DNA of 64,000 nucleotides from a bacterium (GTDB lineage Bacteria; Babelota; Babeliae; Babelales; RVW-14): NCBI GenBank assembly GCA_016699045.1, contig CP064957.1, positions 729,784 to 793,783 of the forward strand, read 5' to 3'. Shown piece by piece: positions 23,908 to 33,130 of this stretch (position 1 is its first letter; each line of letters starts with the position of its first letter). The notes under the pieces were generated by a model. It saw only the letters and a program-made list of their open reading frames with translations, ran no database searches and was not told where the DNA came from. The position numbers and the translations under genes were made by a program.

Positions 23908-25212
23908 ATGAAGCAGCAATTATGGATACTAAATAGTTCACTTCTGGTGACTTTTTTTGCAATTTTAGTAGTTGCACAACTTTTAAAGATAGAACCACCT
24001 CGAGTTCGCATGAAACGAAGCTTTGCCGAAAAAATTGAAAAAAAAAAAGAAACTCTTCCTGCGTCATCATGGGAAAAAATCTATCAAAATGACGTATTTA
24101 AAACATACGTAGCCAAAGAATTTAAACCAGAAAAAGTATCTCTAGTTACTCCAATTCCTCAAGTTGCCGCACCAGCTATCAAACCAGCTCCTGAAGCAAA
24201 AAAACAAGAATTTATTGATGCGCTCAATATAACACTTAAAGGCATTATCATATCTTCTGATGAGCTTAAAAGTGTTGTCATGGTTGAAGACGAAGCTCAA
24301 AAAGAAGGGCTGTACCATCTGGGCGATAAAGTTAAAGACGCTCAAATTATTAAAATTTCTCGCAATCGCGTTGTTTTTTTGCGCGCTAATGGCCAGCAAG
24401 AAGTATTCTTTTTACGTAAAGACGATCCCGAACTTGAGCTTGACGCCCCCGGCATGGACAAGTGGCAGTACGTTGTTAAAAAAGTTGATGACACTACCTA
24501 CCAAATTGATCCAAACAATTTTAAACAAGCTGTCGACTCGCTTGGTAATTTTATTGAACGCATCGGTATTGTTGGCACGGCATATCAAAAAAATACACCT
24601 ATTGGTATTCGTATCGGCACATTAGAAAAAGATGAACTTGGCCATGCGCTTGGTTTACAAAATTATGATATTATTGTCTCAATTAATGACATCAAGACTG
24701 CCGAGACGAAAAATAGACTCAAAATTTACGATACGGTAACCGCACTCAAACTCAAGAGTGATATTACCGTAAAAATTAAACGCGGCGATGAAGAGTTGGT
24801 TCAAACATACCAATTAACAACCATTAGTAAAGCAAAGAAAAAGATCTTTACGGGCAAAAAACCAGAGACTGAAAATAAGAAAAAAGATGAAGCAGAAAAA
24901 TTAAAAATGAGCAAAACACAAGAGCGCGAAAATCTAATTCGAGAATTCAGAAAGCGCCATCCTAACAACGACCAAGGCAATGCTATTGCAAAGATTAGGC
25001 AGCGATTATTGGAAAATTTACGCGAACGCTTGAAAAATACCCGCACAAGAGTGCAAGATAAACCCAATGATAAGGCACAAGGTAATAAGCAAACACCACA
25101 ACAAGGCAACGCAGTAGTAAAACAACCAGCCATTCAAACAGTCTCTGACCCTACCAAGCAAGCGCCACCAACAGCAGCAGCTCAACCAGTCAATACACCC
25201 AAGAAAAAATAA
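23908..25212 (+). CDS. gspC: GspC-like protein (TM anchor, HR/PilP-like domain, PDZ-like domain, basic low-complexity tail)
   Basis: ATG 23908 lies 9 nt after GAGGA. N-terminal TM; LKGIIISSDELKSVVMVEDEAQKEGLYHLGDKVKDAQIIKISRNRVVFL resembles the GspC HR domain; GIRIGTLEKDELGHALGLQNYDIIVSIND is PDZ-like. Directly upstream of a secretin. Confidence 0.6.
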   Translation: MKQQLWILNSSLLVTFFAILVVAQLLKIEPPRVRMKRSFAEKIEKKKETLPASSWEKIYQNDVFKTYVAKEFKPEKVSLVTPIPQVAAPAIKPAPEAKKQEFIDALNITLKGIIISSDELKSVVMVEDEAQKEGLYHLGDKVKDAQIIKISRNRVVFLRANGQQEVFFLRKDDPELELDAPGMDKWQYVVKKVDDTTYQIDPNNFKQAVDSLGNFIERIGIVGTAYQKNTPIGIRIGTLEKDELGHALGLQNYDIIVSINDIKTAETKNRLKIYDTVTALKLKSDITVKIKRGDEELVQTYQLTTISKAKKKIFTGKKPETENKKKDEAEKLKMSKTQERENLIREFRKRHPNNDQGNAIAKIRQRLLENLRERLKNTRTRVQDKPNDKAQGNKQTPQQGNAVVKQPAIQTVSDPTKQAPPTAAAQPVNTPKKK

Positions 25213-25230
25213 AAAAGGACGTAATGCCAC

Positions 25231-28200
25231 ATGACAAAAAATAGGTATATAAAAATCATGACAATAAGGTTTTTTCTGGCTTTACTCTTTCTTGCTCATT
25301 CAGCACAAAAGCTTGCTGCCATGCCACCCGCGGCACCTGATTCAGCCACGCCAGTAAAAAAAACTTCTCCTGCTCCAAAAAATGTCGAAATGCCTAAAGC
25401 TGACGACAAACCAAAAAAAACCACAAAAAAAACAGCTCCAGCAGCATCAAAGCCTGCCGGCATGCCAGACGCCGACGAACCGGACACCGAGGAAGAAACA
25501 ACTAACGAATCAGCTAGCGAATCAACTGACGACACTTTAGCTCAAGATAATACTACGGAAGAAAAATCTTCTGACGAAAAACAGAATACAGCTGATACGG
25601 CCGACGCACCAGAAGAAACCAAAGAAGATACTGAAGAAAAAACGGACGAGCCCGCAGATGAGCCAAATGCGCAGCCAGACGCCGAAGATACCGAAGAACT
25701 CGAAGAACCTTATCGAGAAAATTCTGAAAAAGAAACGACTGAAGAACCAAAAGAAAGCGTTGAGCAAAATATTTATCTCAATTTTGACAACACTGAATTG
25801 GCAAACTTTATTAACTACATGGCGGATTTAAAAAAAATAAATTTAATCCCGGACAAGTCACTTGAAGGCAATAAAGTTTCGCTCACTATTCGCGAACCCC
25901 TAACCATTGATGGCGCCTGGAACATCTTTTTAACTGTTTTAGAAATGGCTGGTTTTAGTATTATTAAAGTTGGTGATGTTCATAAAATAGTGCCGAAAGA
26001 TCAAAAATTAACACAACCCCTACCGGCCTACATCAACGTTCCCGCAGAAAGTCTACCAGACAGCGATATCATGATTCGCTACGTTATTTTCCTTGAAAAC
26101 ATCAAAGTTGAAAGTTTGACCGACCTTTTAAAAAGCATGCTCAGCACGACATCTGATGCCATCGCCCAGAATGATGTTAACGGCTTTATCATTACCGACA
26201 AAGCGTACAACATTAAAGCCGCCGTCAAGCTTATTCAAGAACTTGACCAAACGGGCGAACTAGAAACGGTTGAAGTAATTCGTTTAAAACAAGCAAATGC
26301 CGAAGATGTTAAAACATTACTTAATTCATTAATTGATCAACCTGAAGGCGGCCAAGGCGCGCTTGCACGCTTGCTGGGCAAAACCTCTGAAGGCACCACG
26401 AAATACTTTCCGGCCGGCACCAAAATTATTGCAGAACCACGCACTAATTCTATTATTCTGCTTGGCGCTCCAGGACCTATCAAAAAAATTGAAGAATTTA
26501 TTATAAACAACGTTGATACAACCCTCAAATCTGCCGCCTCGCCGCTGCATATTTTTGAACTACAATATGCCGACGTCACTCAAATTGCTGATATTTTGCA
26601 AGCAGTTACCGCGGCACCTGAAGGCGGCCCAGGTCAGCAAGCATCGCAATATGGCGCCATTCGTGGAGGCGTTAAATATTTTAAAGGTATGAAATTTTCA
26701 GTCGACAAAGAAGGCAACCGTTTAATTGTTTCAAGTACCGACAAAGAAGACTGGCACTTACTCAAAAAAACAATCCAAGATTTAGACAAGCCACAACCAC
26801 AAATTGCACTGGAAACGTATATCGTTTCGGTAAGTGCTACTGATATGAAAGCACTTGGCGGCATGCTTCGCAATAAAAAACATGGTCAAATTGGCAACCA
26901 TCTTGATTTTCAATCAACGCCCTTAACCGGAAAGTCACAATTGCAATACGAAAAACCCGATGATAGTGGCAATGCCGTTAGTTTGCTTGGTAACCTTTTA
27001 AATCAATTGGTTTCAAATCAAGGAGCATCGCTGTTAACCATCGGCAAAGCAAGCAATATTTGGTCAGTATTCCAGGCAATTAACTCAATTACTCATGCCA
27101 CTATTTTAACGCAACCTTTTTTAACGGTTGCCAATAAAAAGAAAGCATCACTCGCCGTTGGTCAAACGACACGCGTTCTTCAAGAAGAAGCTGGTAGCGC
27201 CAAAGGTTATGTCGCTATCGACGCTTCAACCAAAATTGATGTCGAACCGCAAATCAACCTTGATGGCATTATTAAAATGAGCATTAGTACGACAATTGAA
27301 GAATTTACAAATCCATCATTGGGCAATAAATCCATCAAAAAACTTGATACTAATGTTACGGTTGCCGATGGCCAAGTACTCGTACTTGGCGGTTTTGTAC
27401 AAACGCAAGTTTCTGAATCAGTAAATAAAACACCTCTTCTTGGCGATATTCCAGTTCTTGGCTGGTTGTTTAAAAATCAAAATCGTACCGTCACGCAGGA
27501 TTATAACTTTATTTTTATGTGCCCAACAATTATCAAGCCACGCCAACAGCCGGGCATGCAACTTTATACCAAAATGAAACTGCATGATATCACTGCAAAC
27601 CTTGAAGAAAGCATACGAACAACGCAAACGCGCGATCCTATTTTTGACTGGTTTTTTAATCCAAAAAGTGGTAAGTATGCCGAAAATTACTCACATAAAG
27701 TTATTGATTTTGCTAACGCCCGCTATCAGCCAACCACCGTTGATATAAGAAATGATTCTTTCTACCGCGTTCATACCGAACGAGCAGAAAAGTCTGGCAT
27801 CGAAGATGAAGAGGCTGATACGCTTTTTTCACCAAAAACATTGTTCCCATCTGAAAGAAACACTATCACAGAACCAAAGAATATACCGCAAAGCGCCCCA
27901 CCAGCCCAAATGCAACAACGCATGCCACAAACTGAATCGCCATCTAAAAAAATAGGTGCAACCAAAACACTTACTGAACAAGTTGCCAACACACAGCCAC
28001 AAGCACGCAAATCAATTATGTCTGACAAAAATCTTGAAAAACGCCGTCAACAACTCAAGAGCGTTATCTCTGATGCGTTTGACCAAAACACACCGCCAGT
28101 ACGAACAAAAAATACCGTAAAAACAGCACTTAAAAAAGAATCACTCAAAGAATTTGTAGCCCCACAATCTAAGCGCGAACAACTTAAAAAGGTAATTAAT

Positions 28201-28377
28201 AACCAAGGGCCAGTGATTACCACCGCTACAAATATACCGCAACAACAAGATTCAATGCCCCTGAAAAGACGCAGCTTAAAAGAATTTTTTTCGCAAAATC
28301 AAACACTAAAGAGACGTAGCCCGAACTTATCAATTTCATCAGCTCTTGCACAGGAAGAAGAGGAAGATGTCGCATGA
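25231..28377 (+). CDS. gspD: GspD-type secretin paralog 1 (1048 aa, acidic N-terminal and Q/P/K-rich C-terminal extensions)
   Basis: Signal peptide. N0 domain IYLNFDNTELANFINYMADLKKINLIPD...GFSIIKVGDVHKIVP. Secretin core VADGQVLVLGGFVQTQVSESVNKTPLLGDIPVLGWLFKNQNRTVTQDYNFIFMCPTII. Confidence 0.85.
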   Translation: MTKNRYIKIMTIRFFLALLFLAHSAQKLAAMPPAAPDSATPVKKTSPAPKNVEMPKADDKPKKTTKKTAPAASKPAGMPDADEPDTEEETTNESASESTDDTLAQDNTTEEKSSDEKQNTADTADAPEETKEDTEEKTDEPADEPNAQPDAEDTEELEEPYRENSEKETTEEPKESVEQNIYLNFDNTELANFINYMADLKKINLIPDKSLEGNKVSLTIREPLTIDGAWNIFLTVLEMAGFSIIKVGDVHKIVPKDQKLTQPLPAYINVPAESLPDSDIMIRYVIFLENIKVESLTDLLKSMLSTTSDAIAQNDVNGFIITDKAYNIKAAVKLIQELDQTGELETVEVIRLKQANAEDVKTLLNSLIDQPEGGQGALARLLGKTSEGTTKYFPAGTKIIAEPRTNSIILLGAPGPIKKIEEFIINNVDTTLKSAASPLHIFELQYADVTQIADILQAVTAAPEGGPGQQASQYGAIRGGVKYFKGMKFSVDKEGNRLIVSSTDKEDWHLLKKTIQDLDKPQPQIALETYIVSVSATDMKALGGMLRNKKHGQIGNHLDFQSTPLTGKSQLQYEKPDDSGNAVSLLGNLLNQLVSNQGASLLTIGKASNIWSVFQAINSITHATILTQPFLTVANKKKASLAVGQTTRVLQEEAGSAKGYVAIDASTKIDVEPQINLDGIIKMSISTTIEEFTNPSLGNKSIKKLDTNVTVADGQVLVLGGFVQTQVSESVNKTPLLGDIPVLGWLFKNQNRTVTQDYNFIFMCPTIIKPRQQPGMQLYTKMKLHDITANLEESIRTTQTRDPIFDWFFNPKSGKYAENYSHKVIDFANARYQPTTVDIRNDSFYRVHTERAEKSGIEDEEADTLFSPKTLFPSERNTITEPKNIPQSAPPAQMQQRMPQTESPSKKIGATKTLTEQVANTQPQARKSIMSDKNLEKRRQQLKSVISDAFDQNTPPVRTKNTVKTALKKESLKEFVAPQSKREQLKKVINNQGPVITTATNIPQQQDSMPLKRRSLKEFFSQNQTLKRRSPNLSISSALAQEEEEDVA

Positions 28378-30074
28378 TCAAGAAAATATTCTTCCCGGCA
28401 AAAATTGGCTCGCATCGTCTTTATCCCGAGTATATTTTTGGTATCTCGATTGATGAGCATAAAGTTTATGGCACCCTTGTTTATGCAAAAAACGCTTGTT
28501 CTTCGGTTGAAAATTTATATGAGCAGCCAATAGAAAAACAAGAAAACAGTACCCATGAACAAGCAACCGCCCAAGCATTAAAAAAACTCGTTACCAATGT
28601 TAAGCATTATGACCAACTTAACATTGCCATACCATCCTCAATCGTTGTTTTTAAAGAGCTTGAAGTGCCATTCATTGATGAAGATAAAATTCGCATGGTA
28701 CTTGAATATGAAATTGAAGAAAAATTGCCATTTTCAGTTAATGATGCAGTTGTTGATTTTATCATCACTAAAAAAAATAAAAGCCTCAATTCTGCACAAA
28801 TTTTAGTAGCTGCCGTACGCCACCAAGACCTTCAAAAAATTCTTGATATCTTTGTAGAGGCTGACCTTACCGCCAATCATGTTACTATCGATCTTTTTGC
28901 CCTCTACGGCCTTTATTTGCAAATGCCAGAATTTAGCCAAAACGAAGAAACCAACGCACTTATTGAGCTTGATTTATATTCTTCGCGCATTTCGCTCATT
29001 CATCACAACGAACTTCGCATGACGCGTCACGTCCCACGCGGCATTGCCGCCGTTGCGCAAGAAGTTGGCAAAGAAATAAATATATCAACCGAAAAAGCAC
29101 TCGAAAAAATAGTACGTTATGGCCTCAAGCCAGGTGGTGATGATGCTTTTGATAAAAGTGTTCAACAACATATGATCAACTTTTTTTACGATATACAATT
29201 TACACTCAATTCATTCAGTCTCAAGCTACCTAATTACAAAGGCATTAACAAAATTTTATTTTGCGGCCAAGCGGCCGGCTTGCTTGGTTTGATGCGATTT
29301 TGTGGCGATTTATTACAATTGCCGTGCACTATTTTTGACCCTTCAAGCATTTTTACTAACAAAAATATTAAGAAAAAAAACTTACGCCAAGAACCTTCTG
29401 TGTGGCACGAATATGCCACCGTTTTGGGCGTAGCATTAGTCCTGCCAACACATGAAAACTTTGATTTACGTCGCAAGCAATTTGAATTGATTGATTATGA
29501 CTTAATCAAAAAACAGCTTATTGCCGGCATTATTTTAATTGTCGCACTTTTTACCACAATAATCATGCAGGGTTATTTTCAAATTAATACACTAAAAACA
29601 ACGTCCAATGATCTTGAAAGCCGGGAGATTGGTAAAATAATTGATATGATTCCACGCAAAGACCGCCCACGTAGCAACCAGCTTAAAACCGTTATTTCAC
29701 GAGCAGAAAAAGTGCTTAATGAAAAAATGGAACTCTGGGAGCCCTTTAAAAAAGAGCGCATTCAGCCGCTTGAAATATTACTTGAGTTAACCAGCATCAT
29801 GGATAATAAATTATTTATGATTGATGTTGAAGGCATTACTATCGATACAGCAGCTCGCGGCTCTGATATTTTAAAAGTAGAAATTGATGGATATTTTAAA
29901 TCTAAAAAGGGCACCGGCTCACACTTTGCAGAATTTACCGAGCTTCAAAGAAGGTTTAATAGCTCTAATTTACTCAAGCCAAAAAAATTTACCGAGCACC
30001 CAGCAGGTGACAAAGGTATTCAATTTAATATCGAACTAAAGAAACACGAAGAAGCAGACGAAGAACAAGTATGA
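28374..30074 (+). CDS. GspL-like / PilM-PilN-fusion-like assembly platform protein
   Basis: ATGA overlap with the secretin stop. N-terminal actin-like PilM/GspL pattern (QILVAAVRHQDL...VTIDLFAL, LIELDLYSSRISLI, ILFCGQAAGLLGL), one TM (LIAGIILIVALFTTIIM) and a periplasmic C-terminal domain. Confidence 0.6.
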   Translation: MIKKIFFPAKIGSHRLYPEYIFGISIDEHKVYGTLVYAKNACSSVENLYEQPIEKQENSTHEQATAQALKKLVTNVKHYDQLNIAIPSSIVVFKELEVPFIDEDKIRMVLEYEIEEKLPFSVNDAVVDFIITKKNKSLNSAQILVAAVRHQDLQKILDIFVEADLTANHVTIDLFALYGLYLQMPEFSQNEETNALIELDLYSSRISLIHHNELRMTRHVPRGIAAVAQEVGKEINISTEKALEKIVRYGLKPGGDDAFDKSVQQHMINFFYDIQFTLNSFSLKLPNYKGINKILFCGQAAGLLGLMRFCGDLLQLPCTIFDPSSIFTNKNIKKKNLRQEPSVWHEYATVLGVALVLPTHENFDLRRKQFELIDYDLIKKQLIAGIILIVALFTTIIMQGYFQINTLKTTSNDLESREIGKIIDMIPRKDRPRSNQLKTVISRAEKVLNEKMELWEPFKKERIQPLEILLELTSIMDNKLFMIDVEGITIDTAARGSDILKVEIDGYFKSKKGTGSHFAEFTELQRRFNSSNLLKPKKFTEHPAGDKGIQFNIELKKHEEADEEQV

Positions 30075-30141
30075 TGGATTTTTTTACTAACTTTACTAAT
30101 ATTATCGCACACCTTGCACCAAAAGAGCTCAAAAATATCTC

Positions 30142-30609
30142 TTGAGCCTTTTGCTTGGTATTGGCTTATTGATAACTTCCATTAAATATTTTATTTATAC
30201 CAAAAGTTATACCTTTGTTACTCACATCAAACAGTTAGAAAAACTTGATGCCAAAACAAGTGATATGCAAGAAAAATACGAAATGCTGCTTGGCGAAGAA
30301 GAGCGCATCCAAGGTCTTTTGAATAAAAATAAAGATTTCAATATAAAGAGTTTTTTTGAAGCTTTTTATAAAGAACAGCATATCACGCCAGAAGCAGGCT
30401 GGGACACAGACGTCCGTTCAATTAACGAAAAATTTGATGAAATTGCACTCAATGCAACCTTTAAAGATCAAACAACTGAAAAGTTAGTTAAAATACTTGA
30501 AGAAATCGAAAAAAAAGAAATACTGTCAACCAAAAGCATCAACATCAAAAGCAGTAAAGATAAAAAGATTAGTTTCGATATAGTAATTGCCACGATTAAA
30601 GCCAAATAA
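30142..30609 (+). CDS. GspM/PilO-like bitopic protein (5' end uncertain, see findings)
   Basis: 155-aa ORF that starts at TTG directly in a TM helix and has a coiled-coil/periplasmic domain, located between the GspL-like and secretin genes. A 24-codon ORF (30071-30145) in another frame looks like its missing N-terminus. Confidence 0.5.
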   Translation: MSLLLGIGLLITSIKYFIYTKSYTFVTHIKQLEKLDAKTSDMQEKYEMLLGEEERIQGLLNKNKDFNIKSFFEAFYKEQHITPEAGWDTDVRSINEKFDEIALNATFKDQTTEKLVKILEEIEKKEILSTKSINIKSSKDKKISFDIVIATIKAK

Positions 30610-30620
30610 GGAAACGACCA

Positions 30621-33113
30621 ATGCGATGCACAATCAATCATTATTATCGCGTGATTGCCAGGGCAATCTTATTGGTGTTTGTGCTGTGCGTTGGTGCACA
30701 GGCTACTCAACCATCGCTTGCCCAGCCGGCACGAAAACCGGCCAATGTTGCGGTTAACTTTGATATGCCCCGCGCCGATACGACAAACCAACCAGATGGC
30801 ACGAGTACGGCAGCAACAGAAAAAATAGAAAAAGTTGAGCCTAATAAAAAAAATAACAACCAATCAACTACAGAAAATGATGAAGAGACTGACAATATTT
30901 ATCTTAATTTTGAAAATAGCAGCCTAGGAAGCGTTTTAAATTATTTGGCAGAACAAAAAAAAATTAATGTGTTGCCACAAAGCGATCTTGATGAACAAAA
31001 AGTATCATTAACAACACGCGAACCCCTTTCGCTCGATCGAGCATGGAATGTACTGCTCACACTGTTAGAAATCAATGGTTTTAGTATCATTAAAGTTGGC
31101 GACCTTTATCGTGTTATTTCTAACAAAGATAATGGCCGTGAACCATTACCAAGCTACTCATCACGCAAAGGAACAGAACCTGAAGATCTGCCTGACAGCG
31201 ATCTGGTTGTGCGCTACATCTATTTTTTCAAGAATATGCAAGCTGAAGTTGCCCAAAGCATTTTGAGCACCATGCTTGAAGGCGATGGCGCCGTTCAGGT
31301 AAACCAAGATCTCCAAGTCTGTATTATGAAAGAAAAGTGCTTTAACATTAAAGCTGCCATGCGCATTGTTAAAGAACTTGATATTGGCGGCCTACGCGAA
31401 GGCATAAAAATTATTCAACTGCAAGAAGCTGACTCTGAAGCAGTAGAAGCATTATTTAAAGAAGTTTTGGGAACTGAAGACGAATCGCGCCGCATTCGCT
31501 TTATCAACAAAGCATCCCAACAAGGAAAATCATATTTTTCATCAGCAACAAAAATGTTTGCCTACCCAGCAAAAAATTCTATCATCTTGCTCGGCATGCA
31601 AAAAAATATTGAACGCATCAGCGACTTTATTTACAAACATATCGATGTACCAATTGGTACTGCCAAGTCACGACTTCATATTAAAGAAATTCGCTACGCA
31701 AAGGCAGAAACTCTCAAGCCTATTCTTGAGTCTATTACCAAGCCACCAGCAGGCCAAGGCTCAGAAAAAAGCTCCGTTGTTGGACGTTTTAAATTTTTTG
31801 AAGATGTCATTATCGCAGCAGAAGGTCAAGGTGATGAGGCCGGGCGCGGCAGCGGTAACCGGTTAGTTATCGCATGCAACCAAGAAGACTGGGTACGCCT
31901 CGAAAAATTTATTGAAAAATTAGATAAACCTCAGGCCCAGGTAGCTTTTGAAGTTTTGATTGTCGACGTCTCGCTCAATCAAGACAAAGAGCTTGGAGCC
32001 CAGTTCCAAAATAAAAAAGATATTGGCATGGGCTTTAATAGTATTAGGTTACAAAATCTAAGCTCAGAAGCAGATGTTACCAGTAAAACAGAAACAGGTG
32101 CAACTGAAGAAATACCTATAAAAAATTATATCGATCTTGCTCTACCAGAAGCGACCGGGCAAGGGTTTCCGAGCTTTTTAACTTTGGGGAAAACAGGTAT
32201 TCTTAAAGATGGGACACGCTATGAAAATATCTGGGGAATCGTACGCAGTGTTTTCACGACTCAAAATACTAATATTATTGGTCAGCCATACATTGTTACC
32301 AACAACGGCCAGCCTTGTTTTATTGAAGTAACCGATCAGCGTCGTCTTGATGCAGGCTTGCGTTCAGAACGCGGCGAACAAGCCCGTACCACCAAAGAAG
32401 CCGTAGACGCAGCAACGCGCGTTGACATAACGCCACAAATAAACTCTGACGGCATGATTGATTTAATTGTTAAAATTCAACTCGACAGTTTTGATAGCGC
32501 TGACCTCTCGCAACCACCAAACAAAAGTACCCGTAACATTGAAACACGCGTCAACATAGGCTCTGGCGAAGTATTGGTTTTAGGCGGTTTGAAAAAAAGC
32601 AATCAGCAAACCAATTTATGGAAAACACCAATTTTGGGTAGCATACCACTGCTTGGTAATTTATTTAAAAGTAAAACCAAAAGTAAAACAGAAACCAATT
32701 TGTACGTGTTTATCAGACCATCGGTCATTAAACCAAAATTTGAAGGCACCCCTGACGAATACACGCAACTCAAACTTGATTATGCAAAATACCAAATTAT
32801 GAAAGCCGATACGTATATCAAAGACAGCGACCCAATTCAACGCTGGTTTTTCAAACCAACCAATTATTCAGTTCAGCAAACAATTGCTGATGCTAAAGAA
32901 GGCCGCGTCCGCCCCGTTGATAATTTTATTTATGGAAAAAGCGCCCCGAAAACAGTCAACGTTCAAGAAGATCCATATTTTAAAGATTCTGAAGCAATTG
33001 CTCAGCAAAAAGAGTTGAAAAAGCGTCGTAGCAATAGATTTGCCAACGCGAAGAAAGCAACGATAAACGAAGATCCCTTGAGTGAATTAAAATCACGCAA
33101 AAAGATCACATAA
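30621..33113 (+). CDS. gspD: GspD-type secretin paralog 2 (830 aa)
   Basis: Signal peptide. N0 domain IYLNFENSSLGSVLNYLAEQKKINVLPQ...GFSIIKVGDLYRVIS. Secretin core IGSGEVLVLGGLKKSNQQTNLWKTPILGSIPLLGNLFKSKTKSKTETNLYVFIRPSVI. Confidence 0.85.
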   Translation: MRCTINHYYRVIARAILLVFVLCVGAQATQPSLAQPARKPANVAVNFDMPRADTTNQPDGTSTAATEKIEKVEPNKKNNNQSTTENDEETDNIYLNFENSSLGSVLNYLAEQKKINVLPQSDLDEQKVSLTTREPLSLDRAWNVLLTLLEINGFSIIKVGDLYRVISNKDNGREPLPSYSSRKGTEPEDLPDSDLVVRYIYFFKNMQAEVAQSILSTMLEGDGAVQVNQDLQVCIMKEKCFNIKAAMRIVKELDIGGLREGIKIIQLQEADSEAVEALFKEVLGTEDESRRIRFINKASQQGKSYFSSATKMFAYPAKNSIILLGMQKNIERISDFIYKHIDVPIGTAKSRLHIKEIRYAKAETLKPILESITKPPAGQGSEKSSVVGRFKFFEDVIIAAEGQGDEAGRGSGNRLVIACNQEDWVRLEKFIEKLDKPQAQVAFEVLIVDVSLNQDKELGAQFQNKKDIGMGFNSIRLQNLSSEADVTSKTETGATEEIPIKNYIDLALPEATGQGFPSFLTLGKTGILKDGTRYENIWGIVRSVFTTQNTNIIGQPYIVTNNGQPCFIEVTDQRRLDAGLRSERGEQARTTKEAVDAATRVDITPQINSDGMIDLIVKIQLDSFDSADLSQPPNKSTRNIETRVNIGSGEVLVLGGLKKSNQQTNLWKTPILGSIPLLGNLFKSKTKSKTETNLYVFIRPSVIKPKFEGTPDEYTQLKLDYAKYQIMKADTYIKDSDPIQRWFFKPTNYSVQQTIADAKEGRVRPVDNFIYGKSAPKTVNVQEDPYFKDSEAIAQQKELKKRRSNRFANAKKATINEDPLSELKSRKKIT

Positions 33114-33130
33114 AAACGACTTAGTATTTG

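Noticed and set aside
25296-25767. Three minus-strand ORFs (65-79 aa) in the 5' part of secretin 1
   Set aside because: They are antisense to the acidic low-complexity coding region. Repetitive GAA/GAC codons give open antisense frames by chance.
25231-33113. The two secretin genes as an assembly duplication artefact
   Set aside because: The paralogs differ at most positions, differ in length (1048 versus 830 aa) and have different flanking genes. They are not near-identical copies.
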